Assembly: GCA_964409245.1 (NCBI GenBank)
Contig: CAYPCQ010000012.1
Coordinates: 30,747 to 94,746, forward strand
Origin: an uncultured Verrucomicrobiota bacterium
Lineage (GTDB): Bacteria > Verrucomicrobiota > Verrucomicrobiia > Limisphaerales > UBA1319
Direction: 5' to 3'
Length of the DNA: 64,000 nt
The translations under genes and the position numbers were made by a program. A model generated the notes under the pieces. The model was not told the DNA's origin and made no database searches. It saw nothing but the letters and a program-made list of their open reading frames with translations. Below, piece by piece: positions 30,624 to 37,227 of this stretch. How positions within the stretch are numbered: the stretch's first letter is position 1; each line of letters begins with the position of its first letter.

Positions 30624-31670
30624 CTACCGTTTGTAAATGCCCGCCTGGCTGGTGAAGCCAGCGCTGGCCGCCGGGTTGCTGGTGGGAAAGAATTCCACCT
30701 TCAATTGGTTGTCCCCGGCCAGCTGCACCAGCAAGATGCCCACCGGCGTGGAAAACTCCCCAGCCTGGGGCGGATCTTGCGGCGGAGGGAGCAGGGGATA
30801 TTTCACCAGGCCGGCGCCCATCCCAACGCCCGCCGGATCCGGCGCGCCTGGCGGCACGGCATAAACCCCCGCGGGGGCCACCGTGCCGCCAATGGAAATC
30901 CGGACCGCTTTGGGCTGCCGCACATCGTAAACGAAGGCCAGGTGCCGGGCCCATACTCCCGGCTCTCCCCGCTGGCTTTCCTCCGGTGACAGGGTGTTAT
31001 GAAACCAGTTGCCGGCCAGTTTGCCAGGCTGGTCGAAGTCGATTTTCCCGTGTTTGTCCGCCCCCTCCCGGGCCACCTTGGCCAGCAGCTGGCTGCGCAA
31101 CGGTTCGGCAAAGAGCGCCAAAGGCGAAACCGTGTGGAGCGTGGAGGCTGGGTAGCGGGCGGGGTTGAGGAAGCCTTTCAGCTGGACCCGCGCATCGCAA
31201 GCGCCCAGGTCGAGCCAGGACCGGGCGGAAACCCGGCCAATGGCCTGGCCCGCCTTCACCCGGCTCCCGGTTCCGATCCCCGGCTCCACACGCAGATGCG
31301 CCAGGTAATAGCAGAGCTGATGATCCACGCGGATCTCCACTTTGGAATCCCCCTGGGATTGGTCCCGGATCGCGAATACGGTTCCCGCCGCCGGGGCAAA
31401 CACCAATAAATCCGGCTTGCCCCCGTAATCCAGATAGACGTGGTCGGTGGGAAGGACATGGCCACCGCGCGGATTCAAATTGCCCAGGGGCACGATGGCG
31501 CGGATCTCATCCAAGGCCAGGGGGGAGGCTGTGAAAGCGGTTGCAGCCGGGATAGGCCCGGATTCGGATGCGAGCAGCAGCGGCAGCGCCAGGCCCATGG
31601 CCGTCAGACCCGCGCAGCACCGCTGAAGCCGCCCGCCCCGGTATTGGCGACAGGCGATTCCACCGTTCAT
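30624..31670 (-). CDS. Secreted LytM/M23-like peptidase-fold protein
   Basis: HVLPTDHVYLDYG ... AGTVFAIRD ... YYLAHLRVEPGIGTGSRVKAGQAIGRVS follows the M23 beta-barrel pattern. Confidence 0.5.
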   Translation of the reverse strand: MNGGIACRQYRGGRLQRCCAGLTAMGLALPLLLASESGPIPAATAFTASPLALDEIRAIVPLGNLNPRGGHVLPTDHVYLDYGGKPDLLVFAPAAGTVFAIRDQSQGDSKVEIRVDHQLCYYLAHLRVEPGIGTGSRVKAGQAIGRVSARSWLDLGACDARVQLKGFLNPARYPASTLHTVSPLALFAEPLRSQLLAKVAREGADKHGKIDFDQPGKLAGNWFHNTLSPEESQRGEPGVWARHLAFVYDVRQPKAVRISIGGTVAPAGVYAVPPGAPDPAGVGMGAGLVKYPLLPPPQDPPQAGEFSTPVGILLVQLAGDNQLKVEFFPTSNPAASAGFTSQAGIYKR

Positions 31671-32146
31671 AAGACCCCATTCTTTTGCGGACTCAATGGC
31701 TGCAGTGCAGCTCTCTTTTTAAAAAAAGTAAAGCGGAGAATGCCCGATCCTGGCGCGAGGGGCGGCCAGGGAAAATCGCGATAGGTGGTTTATAGCCAGC
31801 TTTTTGGATGGCCTGGAGAGCCCCCTTGCATCAACTTATCCGGATGGATGTTTTTCATGGTTCACCCACTTTGACGTCAGGTATTTTTAATTATTTTGAA
31901 AAAATATCTTGCATCGGAATACATCCTGATTTAATTTAAAGGCGCATTCGATGAAAAACTGCATAAATATATCAAACGTGAGCAAGCCGGCGACGGCCGC
32001 GATAGCGGCCCGTAAGAGCCGGCCGGCCGCGGGTTGTTTGTCTGGCCCGGGACAAGCCCGGAGCTATGCAGGCCAAAAACCCACGAGCCGGTGGCATCGG
32101 CTGGAGGTGAGCAGGTAGGGGAATTGTCGAATTGGTATTTTCCCAA

Positions 32147-32178
32147 CCCTGCTGGCCGAAGAGGTAGCAGGGTTTTTT
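32147..32178 (+). terminator. Rho-independent terminator
   Basis: CCCTGCT / AGCAGGG stem (32147-32153 / 32166-32172) followed by T6 (32173-32178). Confidence 0.7.
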
Positions 32179-32480
32179 ATTGAACCAAACAGAACCAATT
32201 GTCCGCTGAAAAAAAGATCATGGAAAGTGAGCAACGACCAGGCGGCATCTAAATGATGTCATCCGGCACAAAATTGAAAATGGCAGAGGCGAACCGGGAT
32301 TGGCCACCTATGGGGTGTGTCCGGAGCACGCCAGCAGAGCTGCCAAGGCGAATTTCCCGAATTTTAAATTTGAAGGGCTGCGGAGGAGGTGTGCCCCAAA
32401 ACACCGAAACGACCACCGTGAAAAACCTGTGGCTACGGAACGACCGACCGTAACGGTGTATGTTCTTTTTTGAAATGGCC

Positions 32481-32522
32481 GGGGCCAGGAGCAGTTGGAA
32501 TACTCCTGGCCCCTTTGAATTT
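32481..32522 (+). terminator. Rho-independent terminator (11-bp perfect stem)
   Basis: GGGGCCAGGAG / CTCCTGGCCCC (32481-32491 / 32503-32513), then TTTGAATTT. Confidence 0.65.
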
Positions 32523-32524
32523 CC

Positions 32525-32596
32525 GCGGCTGTGGTTAAACAGCAGAATATTTCTGGCAGGGAGAGCGTCCGGGCGCGATGCCCGGCGGCCGCACCG
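32525..32596 (+). ncRNA. Degenerate tRNA-like unit (first unit of the array)
   Basis: Acceptor GCGGCTG / CGGCCGC. T-arm CCGGG-CGCGATG-CCCGG, then discriminator A. The anticodon stem is weak (possible GGC). D-loop AAACAGCAG. Confidence 0.3.
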
Positions 32597-32723
32597 ATTT
32601 AAGAAAACCGTTTGCCCCCCAAACTTTCAGGCGGTTTTCAGCTATCATACGCCGGGCGCCAGCGAGCGCAGCCTGGTCTCCAAAACCGGGCCGGTTTGGG
32701 GCAGCACCAAAACGGCGTGCCAT

Positions 32724-32798
32724 GGGGTCGTGGCAGACAAGCAATGCACCTGCCCTGCAAGCAGGTTGATGCGGGAGCGTTACCCGCCGGCTCCACCA
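32724..32798 (+). tRNA. tRNA-Ala(TGC)-like, non-canonical elbow, C33
   Basis: Acceptor GGGGTCG / CGGCTCC with G3:U70. Perfect anticodon stem CCTGC/GCAGG with loop CCTGCAA. T-arm GCGGG-AGCGTTA-CCCGC. ACCA end encoded. D-loop lacks GG. Confidence 0.55.
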
Positions 32799-32804
32799 TT
32801 TCAC

Positions 32805-32877
32805 TGCGGGGAGAATGAGATTCAGGCGAGCCTCATAAACTCAGCCTCCGTGGGCGCAACTCCCACCCCCGCTGCCA
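32805..32877 (+). ncRNA. Degenerate tRNA-like unit with CTCATAA (CAT) loop
   Basis: T-arm GTGGG-CGCAACT-CCCAC. 6-bp acceptor GCGGGG/CCCCGC with a T1:T72 mismatch. G-CCA end. D-arm and anticodon stem are poor. Confidence 0.3.
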
Positions 32878-32882
32878 ATCTG

Positions 32883-32968
32883 GGGAGGTGTTCCGGCTGC
32901 CGGCCGGTAAAACCGGTGTCGCTAACAAGGGCCGGAAGTGACGACTGGAGCATTACCAGCACCTCCCA
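32883..32968 (+). ncRNA. tRNA-like unit of class-II length (86 nt)
   Basis: Perfect acceptor GGGAGGT / ACCTCCC. T-arm CTGG-AGCATTA-CCAG. The internal CCGG-rich arms are ambiguous. No CCA. Confidence 0.3.
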
Positions 32969-32975
32969 CTTTATT

Positions 32976-33047
32976 GGATCCGCAGCCCCATCAGCGGGCC
33001 AACCCGTTGCCTGCGGGAAGGCCGGGGTGTGAGCCCCTTCGGATCCA
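32976..33047 (+). ncRNA. tRNA-like unit, possible Gly(GCC)
   Basis: Perfect acceptor GGATCCG / CGGATCC. D-arm GCCC-CATCAGC-GGGC. Anticodon hairpin CCCG-TTGCCTG-CGGG. The T-arm is irregular (GGGG-TGTGAG-CCCC plus 2 nt). Confidence 0.35.
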
Positions 33048-33056
33048 ACACTTTAT

Positions 33057-33132
33057 CGGAGCGTAGCTCAGTCTTCAGAGCACCCGGCTTGGGCCCGGGA
33101 GGCCGCAGGTGAAAATCCTGCCGTTCCGACCA
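33057..33132 (+). tRNA. tRNA-Pro(TGG), non-canonical elbow
   Basis: Full cloverleaf: CGGAGCG-TA-GCTC-AGTCTTCA-GAGC-A-CCCGG-CTTGGGC-CCGGG-AGGCC-GCAGG-TGAAAAT-CCTGC-CGTTCCG-A-CCA. C1:G72 and A73 are Pro-type identity marks. The T-loop lacks T55C56 and the D-loop lacks GG. Confidence 0.7.
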
Positions 33133-33140
33133 TTTGACAG

Positions 33141-33216
33141 GCTGCCGTGGCCGAACAGATGGGGCATTCGCCTCCGAAGCGAATCGATGCGGGTGCGATT
33201 CCCGCCGGCAGCTCCA
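33141..33216 (+). tRNA. tRNA-Arg(CCG), non-canonical elbow
   Basis: Acceptor GCTGCCG/CGGCAGC is perfect. Anticodon arm TTCGC-CTCCGAA-GCGAA. T-arm GCGGG-TGCGATT-CCCGC. T-CCA end. D-loop AACAGATG. Confidence 0.7.
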
Positions 33217-33228
33217 AGCCCGTTCCGC

Positions 33229-33305
33229 GCTCCCAAGGTGTAAGCAGACTGCACACCTCCCTGCGAAGGAGGAAGCTCGTGGTGCAAATCCATGTGGGAG
33301 CGCCA
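33229..33305 (+). tRNA. tRNA-Arg(GCG), non-canonical elbow and rare anticodon
   Basis: Acceptor GCTCCCA/TGGGAGC is perfect. D-arm GTGT-AAGCAGACT-GCAC. Anticodon arm CCTCC-CTGCGAA-GGAGG. T-arm CGTGG-TGCAAAT-CCATG. G-CCA end. Confidence 0.7.
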
Positions 33306-33312
33306 GCTTCAT

Positions 33313-33387
33313 GGTGATCCTGATGTAACAGCAGCATCACGCCCTGTGAAGGCGTTTGTGCCGGTGCGAATCCGGTTGATCACCCCA
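33313..33387 (+). tRNA. tRNA-His(GTG) with encoded G-1, non-canonical elbow
   Basis: G-1 plus GTGATCC / TGATCAC, with discriminator C (G-1:C73 is the His identity mark). Anticodon arm ACGCC-CTGTGAA-GGCGT. T-arm GCCGG-TGCGAAT-CCGGT. CCA encoded. Confidence 0.7.
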
Positions 33388-33609
33388 TTGGCAGTGCGCC
33401 AACGCTTTTTGTCCGGGCCTGGTGGCCTGGACGGTTCAAGGACGTCCTGCCAGTGGCGCGATTCGGGAGCAACCCGGGCGGGCGGGCCGCGCGGCAGCAG
33501 TCTCTTAAACCGCGGAGCACGGGGCAATTCATCATTCAGCTGCTGAGGCTGGACATTTCCGGCCGCATTTTGCGATTCAAAAACAATCCATATTAAAAAG
33601 GAGGTAATC

Positions 33610-35403
33610 ATGAGCCAACGAACGCCAGCGGAAGCGCGCCGCATCGCGGAAGCCCTTGGCCCGGCCGAAAAGCTGGTCCAGTTGATTGTCAACTTCCCCG
33701 ATCATCTGTGGCACAACCGCCCGGGAGTAGTGCGCAACGGCAAATGGAAGGCCGCCACGCGCCAGGAGATCCAGGAGCACAAGCTGTCCGGCCGCCTGGG
33801 CAACGGAGAATTCCAGCCGGCCGGCCCGAATCCGGAAGCCATCGAGCAGGTATACCTCACCCTGGCCGAAATCTGGGAGGCCAACAACGAACTCGCCGCC
33901 CGCCTGGCATCCTACGTGATGAAAGAAACGGATTGGCGCGATATGAAGGTGGTTTGCGCTGCCTTCATGCTGGTGCAGAGCCGGGCCGGCCAGCCAGTCA
34001 CGGAGAAACAAAACGGCAGGCAGGCCGTGCTGTTCCACGACGACGATTATCGCGCCATCGGCGAGGCGATGATCAAGCTGTATGAGCGCGGGTCCAACCG
34101 CATGATGAACCCCAAGCTCATCCAGCGCATCGGTGAGGTGCTCAGCCTGCCTGCCATCGCGGCGATCAACGGCATGCTCGGCTTCGGCAATCCGCACAAG
34201 CGCAAGCCATTCATCGGGCGGTATTACCACGCCGTGACGGATTGGCTGGAATTCCGGGAAACCAACCTTTTGCTCCTGGAAGGCCTGCGGAAGTCGGGGT
34301 ATGCGAGGACGGTCCAGGGCCTCGCGCGCATGGCCGGCTACAAGCCCCAGTCCAAGCGCTTTTTCGAGGTGCTGGGCTGGAAGCAAAAGCAGGCCGCCGC
34401 CGGGCACCGCTCCATCGGGCTGACGGACCTTGAGATCCGCAAGTTCACGTTCGCGGGCCTCTCTGAACAGGAGATCTGCGAAAAGATCGTGGCCGATAAG
34501 CCCGGCTGGAAGCAGGTCATGGGCTTGCTGCCTCCAAAAATCGGCCTTACTCCGGCCATCCTGGTCGCCTTGCTGGACCAGATGTCGGACAAGGATCTGA
34601 CGATCCTGACGCCGACGCTGGAAGAGCTTGGGCTGTTGCAGCATGAGCCGGTCAAGCAACGCTGGCAGGAGGCGATCCGGAAGCAGGAAGACCAGCGCGC
34701 CCGCAACATCGCGAAAAACCTCCGTGACCGCGGCCTTGCCGGCCAGCTGGACGCTTCGGCGGATGCCGCCGTTGCCCAGGCGGTGGCGGAGGCCACGCAG
34801 GAAGCCGGCCTCCACATCATGTTCATCATCGATGCGAGCGGCTCGATGCAGGGGGCCATTGAAGCCTCGAAAGAGGCGCTGGCGATGATCGTGCAGGGGT
34901 TTCCGCCGGAGAAGCTGCACATTGCCAGCTTCAACACCATGGGCACCCTGTTGAAGCCCCGGCATCATTCAGCGGCCGGGGTGCGGAACATGCTGCGGGG
35001 CATCAAGGCCAGCGGCGGCACGATCCATGGCGCCGGGGTGCGGGTGTTCCATGACCAGGGCGTATGCATCCCGGAAGGCGCCAGCCTGATCTTGTTCGCG
35101 GTGGGTGATGAGCTGGGTGAGCCGGGAAGCCAGTTCGCGAAAAACCTGAAGGATTGGGGCTATGTGCCAAGCGCCATCGCGCATATTGTGAACGTGGGAT
35201 CCGAATATGGCCGGGGCACGACCCTGAGGAGTGCCGCGGAGATTCTCGGGGTGCCCTACACCGAGGTGAAGGTGGAGCAGCTTACGGATGTTTACCAGGT
35301 GCAGCGCACCCTCAAAGCCGTGCTCGAGGCGCAGCCCTTCCATGAGAAATGCTCGATCATCGAGAAAATCATGCAGACTGAATTATTGGTCCCGCCTTAT
35401 TAA
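33610..35403 (+). CDS. rsr: Ro60-like protein: helical TROVE-like N-terminal region + C-terminal vWA domain with MIDAS
   Basis: Strong SD AGGAGG 7 nt upstream of the ATG. The C-terminal vWA domain has MIDAS residues in Ro60 order: LHIMFIIDASGSMQG, SGGTIHG, LILFAVGDELG. The roughly 400-aa alpha-helical-repeat N-terminal part is laid out like the Ro60 TROVE ring. A Y-RNA-like element lies directly downstream. Confidence 0.6.
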   Translation: MSQRTPAEARRIAEALGPAEKLVQLIVNFPDHLWHNRPGVVRNGKWKAATRQEIQEHKLSGRLGNGEFQPAGPNPEAIEQVYLTLAEIWEANNELAARLASYVMKETDWRDMKVVCAAFMLVQSRAGQPVTEKQNGRQAVLFHDDDYRAIGEAMIKLYERGSNRMMNPKLIQRIGEVLSLPAIAAINGMLGFGNPHKRKPFIGRYYHAVTDWLEFRETNLLLLEGLRKSGYARTVQGLARMAGYKPQSKRFFEVLGWKQKQAAAGHRSIGLTDLEIRKFTFAGLSEQEICEKIVADKPGWKQVMGLLPPKIGLTPAILVALLDQMSDKDLTILTPTLEELGLLQHEPVKQRWQEAIRKQEDQRARNIAKNLRDRGLAGQLDASADAAVAQAVAEATQEAGLHIMFIIDASGSMQGAIEASKEALAMIVQGFPPEKLHIASFNTMGTLLKPRHHSAAGVRNMLRGIKASGGTIHGAGVRVFHDQGVCIPEGASLILFAVGDELGEPGSQFAKNLKDWGYVPSAIAHIVNVGSEYGRGTTLRSAAEILGVPYTEVKVEQLTDVYQVQRTLKAVLEAQPFHEKCSIIEKIMQTELLVPPY

Positions 35404-35410
35404 AGGCACA

Positions 35411-35435
35411 CCCGGGTGGAGCAGATCCACCCGGG
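35411..35435 (+). terminator. Perfect 10-bp hairpin immediately after the rsr stop (terminator or small structured RNA)
   Basis: CCCGGGTGGA-GCAGA-TCCACCCGGG. Only a weak T tract follows (GAATTTTG). Confidence 0.4.
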
Positions 35436-35455
35436 CACTTGAATTTTGACAATTT

Positions 35456-35586
35456 ACACCACGCAATCGGCCGGAAGTCACAAGCAAGCTCAATGGTAGA
35501 GCATCTGTTCCAGGAACAGACGGTAGCCGGTTCAATTCCGGCGCTAATCCAAAAACTTCTGCCCACTCGCGTGGTGTTCCCTTTTT
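35456..35586 (+). ncRNA. Y-RNA / YrlA-like ncRNA: long bulged closing helix + tRNA-like D-arm/T-arm module
   Basis: The two ends pair over about 22 positions. 35456-35464 ACACCACGC pairs with 35569-35577 GCGTGGTGT, and 35469-35478 pairs with 35555-35563, with bulged C at 35471 and 35568. The helix encloses GCTC-AATGGTA-GAGC (canonical D-arm with GG) and GCCGG-TTCAATT-CCGGC (canonical T-arm). The 'anticodon arm' is a 7-bp palindrome with a 3-nt loop (TCTGTTC-CAG-GAACAGA). The acceptor stem is degenerate. The helix is followed by CCCTTTTTG. Confidence 0.5.
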
Positions 35587-35642
35587 GAAATGCCAACGTT
35601 ACTTCCCACCCGCGGAAGGCAACCCATCAACCATCACCACCC

Positions 35643-36467
35643 ATGGACTATACGCCGTTCCTGCAAAAACCAGATGAATGGCTGCGGCTCCCTTATTTCG
35701 AGGGCAAATCTGTCTGCAGCGACCGCCAGGGCTACCGCCTCCGGGAAACCCTGCAACCCGGCTGGTATCAATTCCGGAAATCGGGCCGCTACCTGGAAGC
35801 CGGGCGCCGGATCGAGCCGGAGCCGGACGCCTGGAAACTGCCGCGCGTGGGCGGCTACGAGATGGACGGCCGCCTCTTTGGCAACGACTCGCAGGCGCGC
35901 CTGTTCGGTTTGCCCACGGAAATGGACCTGCCGAAGTTCACGCCGATTTCCGCGCGCAAATGGTTCGATGGACACCTGTTGTTCCACGGCCAGGAGTTCG
36001 AGACCGGGGTGGAAGCGCAGGTCCGGGAAGCGTTCGAGGAGGAGCATTCCATTGATGCCATCAAAGGCGTGACCCCGGCGCTGGCGCAGGTATTTGTCCT
36101 GGAGCATGCCCGGCGCGAGCTGGCCCGCGAGGCGGAACGGCGCGCCCGCGAAGAAGCCGCGCGGCAGCAGCAGCAGGCCGAGCTGGCGCGCTGGCAGGAA
36201 ACCCTGGAAGGCCGCCTCAGCCTGGCCTTGTCCCACACTGGGGCGGAGCTGGTCAGCTGGCGCCGCAACGGCGCGCGCCAGGCCGTGGTCCGCTACCGCA
36301 TTGCCCGGAGGCGCTTTGAATGCATCATCGACAGCGAATCCCTGCAAATCCTGGATGCCGGCATCTGCCTGGAGGGCGCCGACGAAGCATTGAACTTGTC
36401 CAGCCTGCCCTCCGCTGTGCGCGAGGCGGCTGACTCCGGGCGATTACATGTTTTTCGGCCAGCCTGA
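35643..36467 (+). CDS. Unknown protein: N-terminal globular domain + Arg/Glu/Gln-rich coiled coil + small C-terminal domain
   Basis: 274-aa ORF with coding periodicity. Central LAREAERRAREEAARQQQQAELARWQETLE. I recognise no family motif and no HPN-Cys E2 signature. It is the first gene of a tightly spaced operon with the JAB, Ubl and E1 genes. Confidence 0.5.
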   Translation: MDYTPFLQKPDEWLRLPYFEGKSVCSDRQGYRLRETLQPGWYQFRKSGRYLEAGRRIEPEPDAWKLPRVGGYEMDGRLFGNDSQARLFGLPTEMDLPKFTPISARKWFDGHLLFHGQEFETGVEAQVREAFEEEHSIDAIKGVTPALAQVFVLEHARRELAREAERRAREEAARQQQQAELARWQETLEGRLSLALSHTGAELVSWRRNGARQAVVRYRIARRRFECIIDSESLQILDAGICLEGADEALNLSSLPSAVREAADSGRLHVFRPA

Positions 36468-36482
36468 GCCGGCCTCATCCCT

Positions 36483-36953
36483 ATGCGCGAAGTCTGTTTA
36501 ATCCTGGCCGGAGACAAAATCATCCGGGCGTATTTTGGGTCGCAAACCAAAATCCCCGACACGCCGGAACGCTGGGAAATCATCTGGGAGCACCGGCAGG
36601 AGATCACCGAAATCGCCCATTCCCACCCGGGCAATTTGCTGGAGTTCTCTCCCGAGGATCTCACCACGATGGAGGCCATCGAAGCCGGCGCCGGGAAGGA
36701 ATTCACCTGGTCCATCGTCACCCAGGCCGGATTCCGGTCCCGCCAGGGCGGGCGGGATATCCGGCGGTCCGGTTCGCCGTGGTGGGTGGGCCTGCTGCGC
36801 CACCTTTCTTATGCGTGTTCAGGCCATGGGGAGGGAAGTAATTGCGCCGCCGATTTTTCGCCAGCCGCGAAGGGAGTCGTGAGTCCCGATCCGATTGGGC
36901 CCCATGACGAAGGGCTTATGGCGGACCGCAGTCCAATAAAACAATCCGATTGA
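36483..36953 (+). CDS. Minimal JAMM/JAB (MPN+) metallopeptidase
   Basis: Exact JAMM motif AHSHPGNLLEFSPEDL (HxH-x7-S-xx-D), with an upstream Glu (EIIWEH...). Lies 15 nt after the preceding gene. Confidence 0.7.
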   Translation: MREVCLILAGDKIIRAYFGSQTKIPDTPERWEIIWEHRQEITEIAHSHPGNLLEFSPEDLTTMEAIEAGAGKEFTWSIVTQAGFRSRQGGRDIRRSGSPWWVGLLRHLSYACSGHGEGSNCAADFSPAAKGVVSPDPIGPHDEGLMADRSPIKQSD

Positions 36954-36969
36954 GAAAGGAAAAAATGAA

Positions 36970-37218
36970 ATGAACGAAAATAATGTATTGATCAACATCA
37001 CCTGGCAGGGCCAGAGCGGCAATTACGTGGTCCGGCTGGATCCGGGCGTGGACGATGCCACCATCCGCAACCTCTGCGAGGAAGCCGTGCGCTCGGGCGA
37101 AGTGCCGGGCATCCGGCCGAACATCCCGAAGCACGCCTTTGCCAACTTCGTGATCGACCGGTTCCACGGCGGCCAGGCGCGTTTTGTGGTGCGGCCGAAG
37201 GTGCCCTTCGGCGTTTAA
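36970..37218 (+). CDS. Ubiquitin-like (beta-grasp) small protein ending ...VPFG-V
   Basis: 82 aa. The predicted beta-beta-alpha-...-beta pattern (VLINITW / YVVRLD / DATIRNLCEEAVR / RFVVRPKV) fits a beta-grasp fold. A penultimate Gly is followed by a single residue. The gene lies between the JAB and E1 genes. Confidence 0.5.
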   Translation: MNENNVLINITWQGQSGNYVVRLDPGVDDATIRNLCEEAVRSGEVPGIRPNIPKHAFANFVIDRFHGGQARFVVRPKVPFGV

Positions 37219-37227
37219 CTGAAAGCC

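Noticed and set aside
32603-32720. Further tRNA units between the first array unit and the Ala-like unit.
   Set aside because: Only fragments can be drawn: an 8-bp hairpin GAAAACCG/CGGTTTTC at 32603-32639, and a possible acceptor GCGGTTT/GGGCAGC plus ACCA ending at 32709. The T-arm would have a 5-nt loop and no anticodon stem forms. This is too weak to call.
33388-33609. A possible second Y-RNA-like element or tRNA in the 220-nt leader of rsr. It contains GGACG-GTTCAAGGA-CGTCC and a weak hairpin plus T5 at 33388-33412.
   Set aside because: I could not assemble a consistent cloverleaf or closing helix by eye. I left it unannotated pending a covariance-model scan.
35446-35451. A perfect TTGACA hexamer as the promoter -35 box for the Y-RNA-like element.
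   Set aside because: No AT-rich -10 box lies at the proper 16-18 nt spacing, because that position falls in the GC-rich helix. Promoter assignment is not supportable from sequence alone.
35479-35554. The D-arm/T-arm module downstream of rsr, considered as an ordinary tRNA gene (possible CAG or CCA anticodon).
   Set aside because: Only 3-4 of the 7 acceptor pairs can form. There is no discriminator-CCA context. The anticodon arm is a perfect 7-bp palindrome that leaves a 3-nt loop. The flanks instead form a long closing helix. It is therefore better explained as a tRNA-like domain of a Y-RNA-type ncRNA.
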